The notes under the pieces: model-generated
What the model was told of the DNA's origin: nothing
Databases searched by the model: none
What the model saw: only the letters and a program-made list of their open reading frames with translations
Made by a program: the position numbers and the translations under genes
Shown here: positions 49,812 to 63,711 of the stretch, piece by piece
How positions within the stretch are numbered: the first letter of the stretch is position 1
Layout of the letters: the number at the start of each line of letters is the position of its first letter
Origin: Eledone cirrhosa
Taxonomy: Eukaryota
DNA: 64,000 nt
Reading direction: 5' to 3'
Assembly: GCA_964016885.1 (NCBI GenBank)
Contig: OZ024743.1
Span: 343,914,001 to 343,978,000 of the forward strand

Positions 49812-52800
49812 GAGTAGGATGTTTGAATGCACGTGGCCTGGGCTCAACTTGGAAGCAAGCAAAGCTTCTAAATGACCTCAGGTCATGTAATATAAATGTA
49901 ATGGTTATCTGTGAGACTCGAATCAGCGTCGTGCGGCAGCTGGCCCCCACCTTCGATGACTTTGAGGTGCATGCATCTCTCTGTCAACCTGGAGGTGGGG
50001 GTGGGGTTGTTGTACTGCTGCAAAAACACCTGGGTCTTGCCGTACAGGTTGTGCACTCAGACCCGGAGGGTCGTTTGTTGGTGCTAGACGTTGACAGTAG
50101 TGAACGTGCGGCCTTGAGACTGGTCGCCGTCTACTCCTCTTACGGAGCTGAACGGCCCGACTTCTTCCAGCGTTTGGAGACTTTTCTGGGAACGTCGCGT
50201 TCCCTGCTTCTAGCGGGGGATTGGAATGACATCCTAGATGCACGTTGGGACTATGCAGGAGCATGTCCTAATAGAGGGGGGTGTAACAGCCTCAAGGGGT
50301 TACTCGACCGTTTTAACTTGGTCGATAGATATCGACTAGATTTTCCAACTGTGTCTACCTGGACTTGGAGAAACCACAGTGGTCAATCTAGATCGTACTT
50401 AGATAGATTCTTAGTTAGAAGTAAGGATAGGGACATATTAAGCTGTCCAGAAATGCGCACGGTTGGCTACACGGACCACAAATTAGTGACCTGCGTAGTC
50501 AATCTCGAGAAAACACATAAACAGGGTCCCGGTTACTGGAAACTTAATTTGTCTTTACCGGCAAAAGAGACTTACAGAAACCGGATTAGCAGATTAGTTA
50601 AGGAGAGGTTGACGGGTGCAATCGTCAACAACCGATGGTGGGCATCTCTCAAAAGAGAGATTAGAACAGAATCAATAAGTTATAGCAAGATGTTAGCTGC
50701 CAATAGGAATAGAAACGAGAAAGAATTAACAGGTAAATTAGAAGAGGCAATCAAGAGCGAAGATGTGGCCAGAGTGCTGGCATCGAGGACGGCCTTGAAC
50801 CAGTTTTTCGATGCAAAGCATGAAGGCTGCGTCATTCGAAGTAAAATACGTGCTCTAGGTAATGAGGGGGCCAAAGCCGTTGGATGGGCCCGCGTGACAG
50901 AAGCTAAAAGTGGAAATCGATCCACCATCCGGTCGTTGCAAGACGAAGATGGACGAGTGATCCGGGAGCCTAAGCAGATGTGCGAGGCCTTTCAAAAGCA
51001 CTTTGCCCGATTGTTCGGGGGAGGCGAGGGTCCGGGCCGGGGCGTGGATTTCGGTCCATACCTCGACGGCCTGCCGCGTCTCTCGAACAAAGAGGCAGAG
51101 TCCTGCGAGGGACCAATCTCGGCTGATGAGATCGGAGATGCGCTGAGCCAATGCAGCAGACGCAAATCTCCAGGTCTCGATGGTATACCTTACGAACTTT
51201 ATTTAGCAATGCCGGTCTTCTTCTCCGAACTCCTCGAAGCGGTCTACTGCAATTGGCAGCAGAACGGGAGAATTCCTTGTTCTGTAGCCAAGGGCGTAGT
51301 CACGCTGGTGAGGAAGGACGAGAACAAGGGGGATAGTATAAATAATTTTCGGCCCATAACCCTGCTAAACACAGAGTTAAAGATTTTGGCCAAGGTGTTA
51401 GCAAAGAGGTTGGCGCTTGTCGTGGGTGGCCTGGTGGGAGATGCGCAGACATGTGCTATCCCATCCAGGTCCATTCACGATAACCTCCACCTCATGCGAT
51501 ACATCATAGAGAGGGTTGGCAACAAACCCGGCTTCGGTGGGGCCCTGATCAACTTGGATCAGTCTAAGGCCTTCGATAGGGTCGACCATGGTTACCTGGA
51601 TGCGGTGCTAGCGGCGGCTGGGTTCGGTCCTGTTTTCAGAGGCTGGATCACTGCCCTACATAGCAACCACATCTGTTCTAGGATCAAGGTGAACGGCTAC
51701 CTTTCGAAGCCGTTCGAAATCACACGATCCATTCGACAGGGGTGCCCTCTCTCCTCCCTTCTGTACGTATTGACTCTCGAGCCTTTACTGAGGAAGTTGG
51801 AGTTGTTGCAGGGTATCCCCCTGGAACCAGGATTGAGCAAAGCGGTGTCGGCCTACGCCGATGACGTAACAGTAATGGTATCAACCGACTCGGAGATCGA
51901 GGCGATCGGTACCTTACTGGAGGAGTACGAAAGGTTGTCAGGAGCGAAACTGAACCGGGAAAAATCCATCGGGCTGCAACTCGGAACGTGGAGAGGCAGA
52001 CCGATGCCTCCTGACGGTGTCGTCGGACACTGGACGGAGGGCCCGGTAAAGTTGCTTGGGGTCTGGTTTGGACCGGACCTCCAGGTGGAAAAGAACTGGA
52101 ACGAGGTTACGAACAAGGTGTTTGCACTAACCCAGAAATGGGCCAAGTGTAAGCTGTCCCTAAAAGGCCGGGCGGAGGTGGCGAACATTTACATAGCGTC
52201 CGTCACTTACTACCGCCTGACTGTCGTGCCTTGCCCTAAGGAAACACTCACCACCATGGAACGCATGCTCTTCCAATTTCTTTGGAAGAAGCGTCCTCCT
52301 ATGGTGAGAAGATCCATCTGCTGCCAACAACCTTCGAAAGGAGGGCTGGGGATGCCGTGGTTGATGATGCGTAGGCACGCATTAAGGCTACGGCACCTAC
52401 AGGTATTCCTCACTGGTCAACCGGTGTGGGCTCCGTTCGTGAAACGAGCCTTTCCGAGACTCGTCTCACTCACCGAGCTACAGTCCTGGGTCAAGCAAAG
52501 ATCCGGAAAACTGGGAGACTGGCACACTGAGTGTGCTCAGGCGCTCAGGGCTCTCTGGCAAGCGGGCCGGGCCATCGGTGGAGAATCCACCTCATCATTC
52601 TATAGAGGGCTGGTGGCTAGCAGGGGCGATGACACCCTTGGAGAGTCGCTGGACATGGAAGAAGACGAACTGGCCAGCCTGTTCGGTAGGACTTTCGGCC
52701 CAGGACCAATGGACAACTTCCAGAAGTCACTGGCCTGGCAGTGCTACTGAGGGGCTCTACCCGTTCGAGAGAGGCTCTACAGACACGGGCGCCCGGGCAG

Positions 52801-53236
52801 GGATCCCTCAAAAAAGATTTGCCCTAGATGCGTGCGTCACGAAGAAACCGTGGCGCACGCATTGGTGCAATGTCCGGGCGTGGCTGATCTGTGGGGCTAC
52901 GCCGAACAACTGCTGTCGCGGGTGGCGCCGATTAAATTGACCGCCGAGTCCGTGATGACAATCAAACCGCCTCCCCTCTTCACAAAGGAAGCAAAGGCGG
53001 TTTTTCTGTGCGTAATAGCCATGTTGAAAGAGGTTGTTTGGTGGACACGATTGAAAGGTCTGAGGTCAGGCAACTTCCTCTCTGGCCATAGTCTGGTCTA
53101 CTTCTTCCGATATCACTTCGGAAGAAGGATAAGAATGGAGAGAGAGGTGCTTGGCCACAGGCAGTTTTATGAAAGGTGGGTGATAGTGGCGAGAATGGCT
53201 CGTGTAAATGGGCCTTCTCTGTATACCATCCTGTAG
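49799..53236 (+). pseudogene. Tx1 ORF2 (APE endonuclease-RT-CCHC), 1145 codons with one in-frame TGA at 52748-52750
   Basis: APE: LNARGL, CETR, GDWN, SYLDRFL, TDH. RT: KSPGLDG, FRPITLLN, DQSKAFD, QGCPLS, YADD. The frame continues to CPRC..HEETVAHALVQC. Confidence 0.95.
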
Positions 53237-54280
53237 GTAAAGAAGTAAAGGAGAGGGGAGCACCTTCTCCATGTGCTCCCCGGGCAAAGGATTGCACACT
53301 TTTTCGGGGGTGTGTGCAACCCCCATCACGTCCCCTCCCTTTTGAGGTTATTTTCGATTATTTTCATGTTACACCCTTTTTACTCGATTATATGTAAACT
53401 CCCCCTTTGTATTTGTCCCTTCTTTTTATGCCTTTATGGTAAATAAAGAAATCTATCTATCTATTTTCCTTTCAATTCCTTGATGAAAATTGACAATCAT
53501 TTCGAAAAGAATTCGAAATTTCAAAACAAATAAATTAAAAATAAAATAAATAAACAAATAAAAATAAATAAATAAAAAATAATTTTTCTGACCCTCCCAA
53601 TTCAGGTTTCGAAAAAAAAAACAAAATAAAAAAAAACAAATCTAAAATGAAAAAATTAGAAGCCCCACCCCAAAAAGATTTTTTTGCTAATTAATGTTTT
53701 CAAAAAATTTTATTCTTTATAGTAATTTTTTTTGTTCTATTTTCTGTGAGGGTGTTTATATATTTTTCAATGTTAAATAATATTTAATTTTAATTTAATG
53801 TTATTTCATTGAGAAAAAAAGTGTAGTGTAATGTGTGTGGTGTTGTAGTTGGTGGGTTTGCCGACAAAAAAAAAAAAAAAAATTCCTCTTTGATCTCCTT
53901 AACAGTCTTTTAAAAAATTCCTTTTTGCTTTTTAAATATTTCTCTACTGGTACTCGTGTTCAATAATAGTGGATTACTGCAAATGGCATGACATGCGCCT
54001 GTGTGTATGTGAGTGTGTGTGTGCGTGTGTGTGTGAGTGTGTGTGTGTATGCGTATGTGTATATTTATATCGATATATATGTGTGTATATATATATATAA
54101 ATATACATAATATCGTTATATGTATATGTGTGTATGTATATACGTATATATGTATATATATATATATGTTTATATTATACATAAATATATATATACATAC
54201 ATATAAAACACACACACACAAACAGACACACACACACAGACAGACAGACACACACGCACACATATATAAATATATTAACC

Positions 54281-54576
54281 CACGAGTTCACCCTGGAGAA
54301 GATGGTAAGAGAAAGTCAGATGGTCACGACCATAAGGAAGCGAAAGCTACAATACCTTGTCCATATCACTGCATCCACACCCTGAAGAGACACCAATGGC
54401 AGAATATCTAGAGTAAGACCAAGGAAATGCTGGAGCGATGACATTAGGGAATGGACAGGAAGAACAGTGTTGAAATGCACGGTCGTGACAAGGAGAGGGG
54501 TCAATGAGAAGCATTAGTGCAGTTTATTCATGGTTCTTGTCAACTTTCAGTAATGAGTATGGGAAATGAAGAAGAA
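54281..54576 (+). pseudogene. Decayed RTE-clade LINE 3' end with GAA tail
   Basis: NGRISRVRPRKCWSDDIREWTG resembles RTE GRRxRGRPRKRWxDxIKEWTG. Confidence 0.68.
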
Positions 54577-54666
54577 AAATTAAGAATATATAAAAATAAA
54601 TATATAATTAAGGGTCGAATCCCGATGGGGATCAGGAATTAACGACATTTAAAAAGGTACTCAATA

Positions 54667-54735
<69 letters not shown>

Positions 54736-54736
54736 G

Positions 54737-54966
<230 letters not shown>

Positions 54967-55098
54967 CATAAATATATATTCATTCGAATGAAACAGTTCT
55001 AGTCCTGTAGAAGCCATTTCTATATTAAATATTTATACTCTGCTATTAATTTGTATAAAATTTATCCTTGAGCTTTCATTTCAGGTGATATGGCGCGT

Positions 55099-58000
55099 GA
55101 CATTTTAATGGCATTTCTATCAAAAGTCTCATTATGCCGACATTTTAATGCCATTTCTATCAAAAATCTCATTATGCTGACATTTTAATGGCATTTCTAT
55201 GGAAAATCTGATTATGACGACAATTTAATGATATTTATAAGAATATTCTCATTTTAATGGCATTTCTATCAAACATCTCATTACGACGACATTTTAATGG
55301 CATTTCTATAAAAAACCCTCATTATGCCGATATTTTAATGAAATTTCTATCGAAAATCTAATTATGCCGACATTTTAATGGCATTTTAAAATAAAAGTCT
55401 CATTAAGCCGAGATTTTAATCGCATTTCTATCAAACATCTCATTATGCCGACATTTTAATGGCATTTCTATAAAAAAATCTCATATGCTGACATTTTAAT
55501 GCCATTTTTATCCAAAATCTCATTATGCCGAGATTTTAATGGCATTTCTATCAAAAATTTCATTATGTCGACAGTATAATCGAATTTCTATAAAAAATCT
55601 CATTATGCCAACAATTTAATGGTATTTCTATCAAAAATATTATTATGCCGACATTTTAATGACATTTCTATAAAAAATTACATTATGACGATATTTTAAT
55701 GACATTTCTATCAAAAATCTCATTATGCCGACATTTTAATGTTATTTCTATAAAAAATCTCATTATGTCGACATTATAATGGCATTTCTATCAAAAATCT
55801 CATTATGCCGACATTTTAATGGCATTTCTATCAAAAATATCTTCATGTCGGCATTTTCTTGGGATTTCTATAAAAAATCTCATTATGCCGACATTTTAAT
55901 GGTATTTCTATCAAAAATCTCATTATGCCGACATTTTAATGGCATCTCTATCAAAAATCTCATTATGCCGACATTTTAATGGTATTTCTGTCAAAAATCT
56001 CATTATGCCGACATTTTCATGGTATATCTATCAACAATCTCACTATGCCGACATTTTAATGGAATTTCTATAAAAATCTCATTATGTCCTATTTTAATGG
56101 CATTTCCATCACAAATCTCAACATGCTAACATTTTAATGGTAGTTTTATCAAAGATCTCATTATGCCGACATTTTAATTAAATTTCTATCAAAAATCTCA
56201 TTAGGCCGACATTTTAATGGCATTTCTATCAAAAATATCTTTAAGCCGAAATTTTCTTTGGATTTCTATAAAAAATCTCATTATACCAACATTTTAATGG
56301 CATTTCTATCAAAAACCTCATTATGCCGATATCTTAATTGCATTTCTATCAAAAATCTCATTATGCCGACATTTGAATGGTATTTCTATCAAAATCTCAT
56401 TATGCCGAAATTTTAGTGGTATTTCTATCAAAAATCTCATTATGCCGACATTTTAATGGCATTTCTATCAAAAATCTCATTATGCCGACAATTTAAGGGT
56501 ATTTCTAAGAAAATTCTCATTTTAATGGCATTTCTATCAACAATCACATTTTGTGGACATTTTAAGGGCATTACTATCATATATCGCATTATGCCGATAT
56601 TTTAATGCCATTTCTATGAAGAAATTTCATATGCTGACATTTTAATCCATTTTTATCAAAAATGTCATTATGCCGACATTTTAATGGCATTTGTATCAAA
56701 AATTACATTATGCCGCCATTTTAATGGTATTTCTATAAAAAACCTCATTATGCCGACATTTTAATGTCATTTCTATAAAAATTCTCATTATGCCGACATT
56801 ATAATGGCATTTCTATCAAAAATCTAATTATGCCGACAAATTTTTATGGCATTTCTATAAAAAATCTCATTATGCCGACATTTTAATGGCATTTGTATCA
56901 AAAATTACATTATGCCGCCATTTTAATGGTATTTCTATAAAAAACTCATTATGCCGACATTTTAATGTCATTTCTATAAAAATTCTCATTATGCCGACAT
57001 TATAATGGCATTTCTATCAAAAATCTAATTATGCCGACAAATTTTTATGGCATTTCTATAAAAAATCTCATTATGCCGACGTTTTAATAGCATTTCTATC
57101 AAAAATATCTTCATGTAGACATTCTCTTGGGATTTCTATCAAAAATCTCATTTTCTCGACATTTTAATGGCTTCTCTATCAAAAATCTCATTATGCCGAT
57201 ATTTTAATGGCATTTCTATCAACAATCTCATTATGCTGACATTTTAATAGGTATTTCTATCAAAAATCTCATTATGACGATATTTTAATGGTATTTCTAT
57301 CAACAATCTCATATGCCGACATTTTAATGGTATTTCTATCAAAAATCTCATTATGCCGACGTTTTAATGGTAATTTTATGAAACATCTCATTATGCCGAC
57401 AATTTAATGGCATTTCTGAGAAAATTCCTATTTTAATGGCATTTCTATCAAAAATCGGATTACGACGACATTTCAATGGCATTTCTATAAATATCTCATT
57501 ATGTCGACATTTTAATGGCATTTCTATCAAACATCTCATGATGCCGATATTATAATGGCATTTCTATCGAAAATATAATTGTGCCGACATTTTAATGACA
57601 TTTTTAAATAAAAAATCTCATTATGCCGATATTTTAATGGCATTTCTATCAAATATCTCATTATGCCGACATTTTAATGGCATTTCTTTTAAAAAAAAAT
57701 TCATTTTAATGGTATTTCTATAATAAATCTTATTGTGCCGACATTTTAATGGTATTTCTATCAACAATCACATTATGCCGACAATTGAATGGTATTTCTA
57801 TCAAAAATCTCATTTTAATAGCATTTCTATCAAACATCTTATTATGCCGACATTTTAATGGCATTTCTATCAAAAATTTCATTATGCCGACATTTTAATA
57901 GCATTTCTATAATAACTCGCATTATGCCGATATTTTAATTGCATTATTATAAAAAGATCTCATACGCTTACATTTTAATGCCATTTCCCCTCAAAATCTC

Positions 58001-61000
58001 ATTATGGCGAGATTTTAATGGCATTTCTAACAAAAATTTCATTATGTCGATAGTATAATGGTAATTTCTTTCAAAAATCTTCTTATGCCAACAATTTAAT
58101 GGTATTTCTATCAAAAATCTTATTATGCTGACATTTTAATGGAATTTCTATCAAAAATTACATTATACCGCCATTTTAATGGCATTTCTATCAAAAATCT
58201 CATTATGCCGACATTTTAATGGAATTTCTATCAAAAATCAAATTATGACGATATTTTAAAGACATTTCTATCATAAATCTCATGGTGCCAACATTTTAAT
58301 GGCATTTCTATCAAAATTCCCATTATGCCGACATTTTAATGTCATTTCTATAAAAAATCTCATTATGCCGACATTACAATGGCATTTCTATCAAAAATCT
58401 CATTAGGCCGAGATTTTAATGGTATTTATATCAAACATATTTTTATGCGATATTTTAATGGCATTTCTATCAAACATCGTCATGATGCCGACATTTTAAT
58501 GGCTTTTCTATCAAAAATCTCATTATGCCGACATTTTAATGGTATTTCGATGAAACATCTCATTATGCCGACAATTTAATCGCATTTCTGAGAAAATTCT
58601 CATTTTAATGGCATTTCTATAAAAAACCACATTACGACGACATTTCAATGTCATTTCTATAAATACCTCATTATGTCGACATTTTAATGGCATTTCTATC
58701 AAACATCTCATTATGCCGATGTTTTAATGGCATTTCTATCGAAAATCTAATTGTGCCGACATTTTAATGGTATTTTAAAATGAAAAATCTCATTATGCCG
58801 ATATTTTAATGGTATTTCTATCAAACATCTCATTATTCCGACATTTTAATGGTATTTCTGTAAACGTTTAATTTTAATGGCATTTCTATCAACAATCTCA
58901 TTTTAATAGCATGTCTATCAAAAATCTTATTATGCCGATATTTTAATGGCATTTCTATCAACAATTTTATTATGCTGACTTTTTAATGGCATTTGCTATC
59001 AAAAATCTCATTTTGTCGACATTTTAATCGCATTACTATCATAAATCACATTATGCTGATATTTTAATGGCATTTCTATAAAAAAATTTCATATGCTGAC
59101 ATTTTAATGCCATTTTTATACAAAATCTCATTATGCCGAGATTTTAATGGCATTTCTATCAAAGATTTCATTATATCGACAGTATAATCGAATTTCTATA
59201 AAAAATCTCATTATGCCAACAATTTAATGGTATTTCTATCAAAAATATTATTATGCCGACATTTTAATGGCATTTCTATCAACAATTACATTATGCTGCC
59301 ATTTTAATGGCATTTCTATAAAAAAAAACTCATTATGCCGACATTTTAATGGTATATCTATCAAAAATCTCATTATGCCGACATTTTAATGGCATTTCTA
59401 TGAAACATCTCATTATGCCGACATTTTAATGGAATTTCTATAAAAAAACTCATTATGCCCTAGTTTTATGGCATTTCCATCACAAATCTCATCGTGCCAA
59501 CATTTTAATGGTAGTTTTATCAAAGATCTCATTATGTCGACATTTTAATGACATTTCTATAAAAAAATCTCATTATGCCGACATTTTAATGGCATTTCTA
59601 GCAAAAATATCTTTATGCCGACATTTTCTTGGGATTTCTATAAAAAATATCATTATACCGACATTTTAATGGCATTTCTATCAAAAATCTCATTATGCCG
59701 ATATCTTAATTGCATTTCTATCAAAATTCTCATGATGCCGACATTTTAATGGCATTTCTAACAAAAATTTCATTATGTCGACAGTATACTGGTAATTTCA
59801 TTCAAAAATCTCCTTATGCCAACAATTTAATGGTATTTCTATCAAAAATCTTATTATGCTGACATTTTAATGGAATTTCTATCAACAATTACATTATACC
59901 GCCATTTTAATGGCATTTCTATCAAAAATCTCGTTATGCCGACATTTTAATGGAATTTCTATCAAAAATCAAATTATGACGATATTTTAAAGACATTTCT
60001 ATCATAAATCTCTTGGTGCCAACAATTTAATGGAATTTCTATCAACATTCTCATTATGCCGACATTTTAATGTCATTTCTATAAAAAATCTCATTATGCC
60101 GACATTATAATGGCATTTCTATCAAAAATCTCATTAGGCCGAGATTTTAATGGTATTTATATCAAACAAATTTTTATGCGATATTTTAATGGCATTTCTA
60201 TCAAACATCGTCATGATGCCGACATTTTAATGGCATTTCTATCAACAATCTCATTATGCCGACATTTTAATGGTATTTCGATGAAACATCTCATTATGCC
60301 GACAATTTAATCGCATTTCTGAGAAAATTCTCATTTTAATGGCATTTCTATAAAAAACCACATTACGACGACATTTCAATGGCATTTCTATAAATATCTC
60401 ATTATGTCGACATTTTAATGGCATTTCTATCAAACATCTCATTATGCCGATGTTTTAATGGCAGTTCTATCGAAAATCTAATTGTGCCGACATTTTAATG
60501 GTATTTTAAAATGAAAAATCTCATTTTGCCGATATTTTAATGATATTTCTATCAAACATCTCATTATGCCGACATTTTAATGGTATTTCTGTAAACATTT
60601 CATTTTAATGGCATTTCTATGATAAATCTTATTGTACCGACATTTTAATGGTATTTCTACCAACAAACACATTATGCCGACAATTGAATGGTATTTCTAT
60701 CAAAAATCTCATTTTAGTAGCATTTCTATCAAAAATCTTATTATGCCGATATTTTAATGGCATTTCTATCAAAAATTACATTATGCTGCCATTTTAATGG
60801 CATTTCTATCAAAAACCTCATTATGCCGACATTTTAATGGTATATCTATCAAAAATCTCATTATGCCGACATTTTAATGGCATTTCTATGAAACATCTCA
60901 TTATACCGACATTTTAATGGAATTTCTATAAAAAAAATCATTATGCCCTATTTTTATGGCATTTCCATCACAAATCTCATCATGCCAACATTTTAATGGT

Positions 61001-61310
61001 AGTTTTATCAAAGATCTCATTATGTCGAGATTTTAATGACATTTCTATCAAAAATCTCATTACGCCGACATTTTAATGGCATTTCTAGCAAAAATATCTT
61101 TATGCCGACATTTTCTTCGGATTTCTATAAAAAATCTCATTATACCGACATTTTAATGGCATTTCTATAAAAAATCTCATTATGCCGACATCTTAATTGC
61201 ATTTCTATCAAAAATCTCATGATGCCGACATCTTAATGGCATTTCGATCAAAAATCTCATTTTAATGGCATTGTAATTGCATTTCCATCAACAATCTCAT
61301 TATGCCGACA
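55099..61310. repeat. 40-bp satellite array, ~6.2 kb (GACATTTTAATGGCATTTCTATCAAAAATCTCATTATGCC)
   Basis: About 155 diverged tandem units with 29-bp deletion variants and block duplications. Confidence 0.97.
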
Positions 61311-61428
61311 AATTACTGGCCTTGTGGCTATACTAAAAATGATTATTTTGTCGGAAAGAATGCTTTAAGTATTTGTCTTATCTTTCTGCGTTCTGAATTC
61401 AAATTCCGCCAAGGTCAACTTACCTTTT
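61311..61428 (+). mobile_element. SINE family A fragments
   Basis: AATTACTGGCCTTGTG (tail) and TCTGAATTCAAATTCCGCCAAGG (head). Confidence 0.6.
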
Positions 61429-62249
61429 TAAATTAGTCCAATACTCAAGTCACTTCTTCCACTGTCTCTGTTTAATCCTCTCTCACTGTTCCTCTTTCTC
61501 TTCTACAATGGTTTACGCCATTACAGTGAGACCTTAGCGAGAAGTGGATTTAAGGAAAAAACTCTGGGTTTCAAAGGAAGTTCATTACTCAATTCAATCT
61601 AGATATATCTTCGAATATAGCTAACAATGTCTTTAATTAGAAGACAAGGCGGTTTCTCTAGAACCAAGTACTATAACTTCTTCAACGCACACAATGTTAA
61701 GGGGAGCTAGTCTTATCTAGATAGCATCACTTCAGATATTGCACAGCATAACTGATAAGATGAGCTGGCCAGCCGCAGATATGAGCCTCGTAAGCTGGAA
61801 TGGCTTTTCTAGCGCGTCTCCCTTGCCGTCCTCCGGGGAAACGTCTTCTCCATTCTGTCCGTCGGGGTTGTGGGGAGGCCACTATTATGATTGACTGATT
61901 TGTCATTTATCAGTCAGTTGTTCTAATGATTTATCAAGGCTGTTAATTTTTAAAATCGCTTTGAAGATATATTTTAAAATTAATTTCAAATAATAAAAAA
62001 AATTGTGATGATTGACTATTAATTCGACTGTGAGTTCGCACAACAGCTCCAATTAGTGGAGAAATCTATGAGTATGCAGGTGTGGCAAGCCACATATATT
62101 CTATCCATTAGAAAAAACAAAATGGATGCTTCCCCTTCGAATGAGAGATGTCCCAAGAAGAAAAAGAAAAGATAATTAAATCTGAGAATTTTTTGATTTA
62201 AACATCTGCTTGCCCTTTGTAGTTCATTGGTGATTATACCTAGTGGGAA

Positions 62250-62365
62250 GGCTCTTTAAGCAAGTTTATTTTTCAATTCGTTCAGTCCTTGATCACGTTT
62301 ATCCATATCCAATACTATTGTATATATTCTTTTAACTAAGTTATAAGAAATGTTCATTTAAGAAC
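62250..62365 (-). pseudogene. Old Penelope RT-thumb fragment
   Basis: Minus strand: MNISYNLVKRIYTIVLDMDKRDQGLNELKNKL resembles PLE NIPYNLARRICTIV...RLxEL. Confidence 0.5.
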
Positions 62366-62629
62366 ACGCATCTACCCCTGGAACTGTCAAAACCGTGTCA
62401 AATATCCATTGAGTGGATCTTGCCTCTAAATGCAACCTTCTCACCCCTAGGTGAAATCTAGACGAATTATAGTAGATTTACCTATCATCCATATTCATTT
62501 AAGTGCAGGAACAAGGGGAATTTCATTTCCATGTCCCATTTCATCCAGAGACTCCACGACTAATGGTTCAACACCCACAACATTAATTGGAGCATCCTGG
62601 ACAGAGCACCTTCTCACCGCATCAGGGGT

Positions 62630-63645
62630 TGCAACTGCGAAACCTGCCTCTGTGAGAGATTGTATATACTGCAGTAACATGTGATATTCATCAAGATGAA
62701 ACTGACTTAATGTTTTGCTGCTAGCGGAGAAGCACTGTGTTAGCCAACTTCAAAACATTGAAGCCGGATATTCCACAAGGGCCAGCTAAGATACATATAA
62801 AGGGCAAACACCCGCCACCCTCAAACTAGCTTACCACCGGCATAAAGAAAGCAGAGATGACACACCAACCATGCCATATGCCCCCCCCCAAATACAAGAT
62901 CAAATAGAAACCATCATTACACCAGTTCCCAGATATCCCTATAAAGAATTTCAAGTATGTGAAATCGTTCACATATCTTGGCAGTAAGGTGAACTTAAAT
63001 GCATCTCTCAATGGCGAGATAACTAATCGTACAGGGAAAGCACGAGTGCATTTGGAAAGTTCCACCATCGTCCTTGGAATGAGAAGGAATAAAACAGGAC
63101 ACGAAAATACAGGTTTATAAAGCTGTTGTGTTGAACACATTCTATATGGATAAGAATGTTGGACTCCATATATGTCACACATCAACCAACTAGACATAAA
63201 GGCAATCTGTGGGTACACATTCGAATACAAAATATTTAACGCTGACATCTTCACTAAGTGCAAAATTGGAGACATTGAGGCCTTTTTTATGAAATCACAA
63301 CTACACTGGGCTGGATATGTCATTGGGATGAGTGACAAAAGAATACCAAGTCCTCATGTACAGCCAGCTTGATGGTGGATATAGAAATGTTGGCCAAGGC
63401 TCAGGTACAAAGACAAACTGAAGACTAATCTTTCAGCAACCAATATACCTTATGAGATATTTGAGCAAGTGGCATTGGAACGGAAGAACTGAAGATCTGT
63501 GTCATAATAGGATCAGGAACTTCGAGTTCAGTTGTATCCATAGGTTACAAGAAGCAAACATGCCAGAAACGTTATCCAGTAAACTTCACGCTTGCAAGAC
63601 CTGTGGACTTGCTTGTAAATCCTTGGCAGGTCTAAAATGTTAAAG
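62630..63645 (+). pseudogene. Decayed RTE (BovB-like) LINE ORF 3' half
   Basis: LTTGIKKAEMTHQP, VKSFTYLGS...LNGEITNRTGKA, QLHWAGYVIGMSDKRIP, RYKDKLK and terminal CKTCGLACKSLAGL; many stops and frameshifts. Confidence 0.85.
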
Positions 63646-63711
63646 GTCCAAAGTGGATTAACTGAATAGGTTCGGATCCTCATACGTCGAGATTGATAGG
63701 AGAATCCATTA

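Larger units (their letters stand above)
47639..53450 (+). mobile_element. Near full-length L1/Tx1-clade LINE (~5.8 kb)
   Basis: 5' UTR, ORF1, overlapping ORF2, and a 3' UTR ending AATAAAGAA followed by ATCTATCTATCTAT. Confidence 0.95.

Noticed and set aside
52748-52750. Selenocysteine recoding of the TGA
   Set aside because: The homologous codon is Arg (CGA), not Cys, so a CpG transition is simpler. The PLE GIY-YIG fragments also show no TGA at Cys positions.
48519-53329. Antisense and alternative-frame ORFs within the Tx1 elements
   Set aside because: Shadows of GC-rich or low-complexity coding sequence with no recognisable motifs.
55099-61310. CRISPR array or repeat-protein gene
   Set aside because: Units are contiguous with no unique spacers, there are no cas genes, the context is eukaryotic, and a 40-bp unit is not a multiple of 3.
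61818-61872. Hammerhead remnant (GAAAC...GTC-GGGGTT)
   Set aside because: No CUGAnGA core is recoverable.
62495-63338. Minus-strand ORFs as host exons
   Set aside because: They overlap, antisense, a decayed RTE ORF that explains the sequence.
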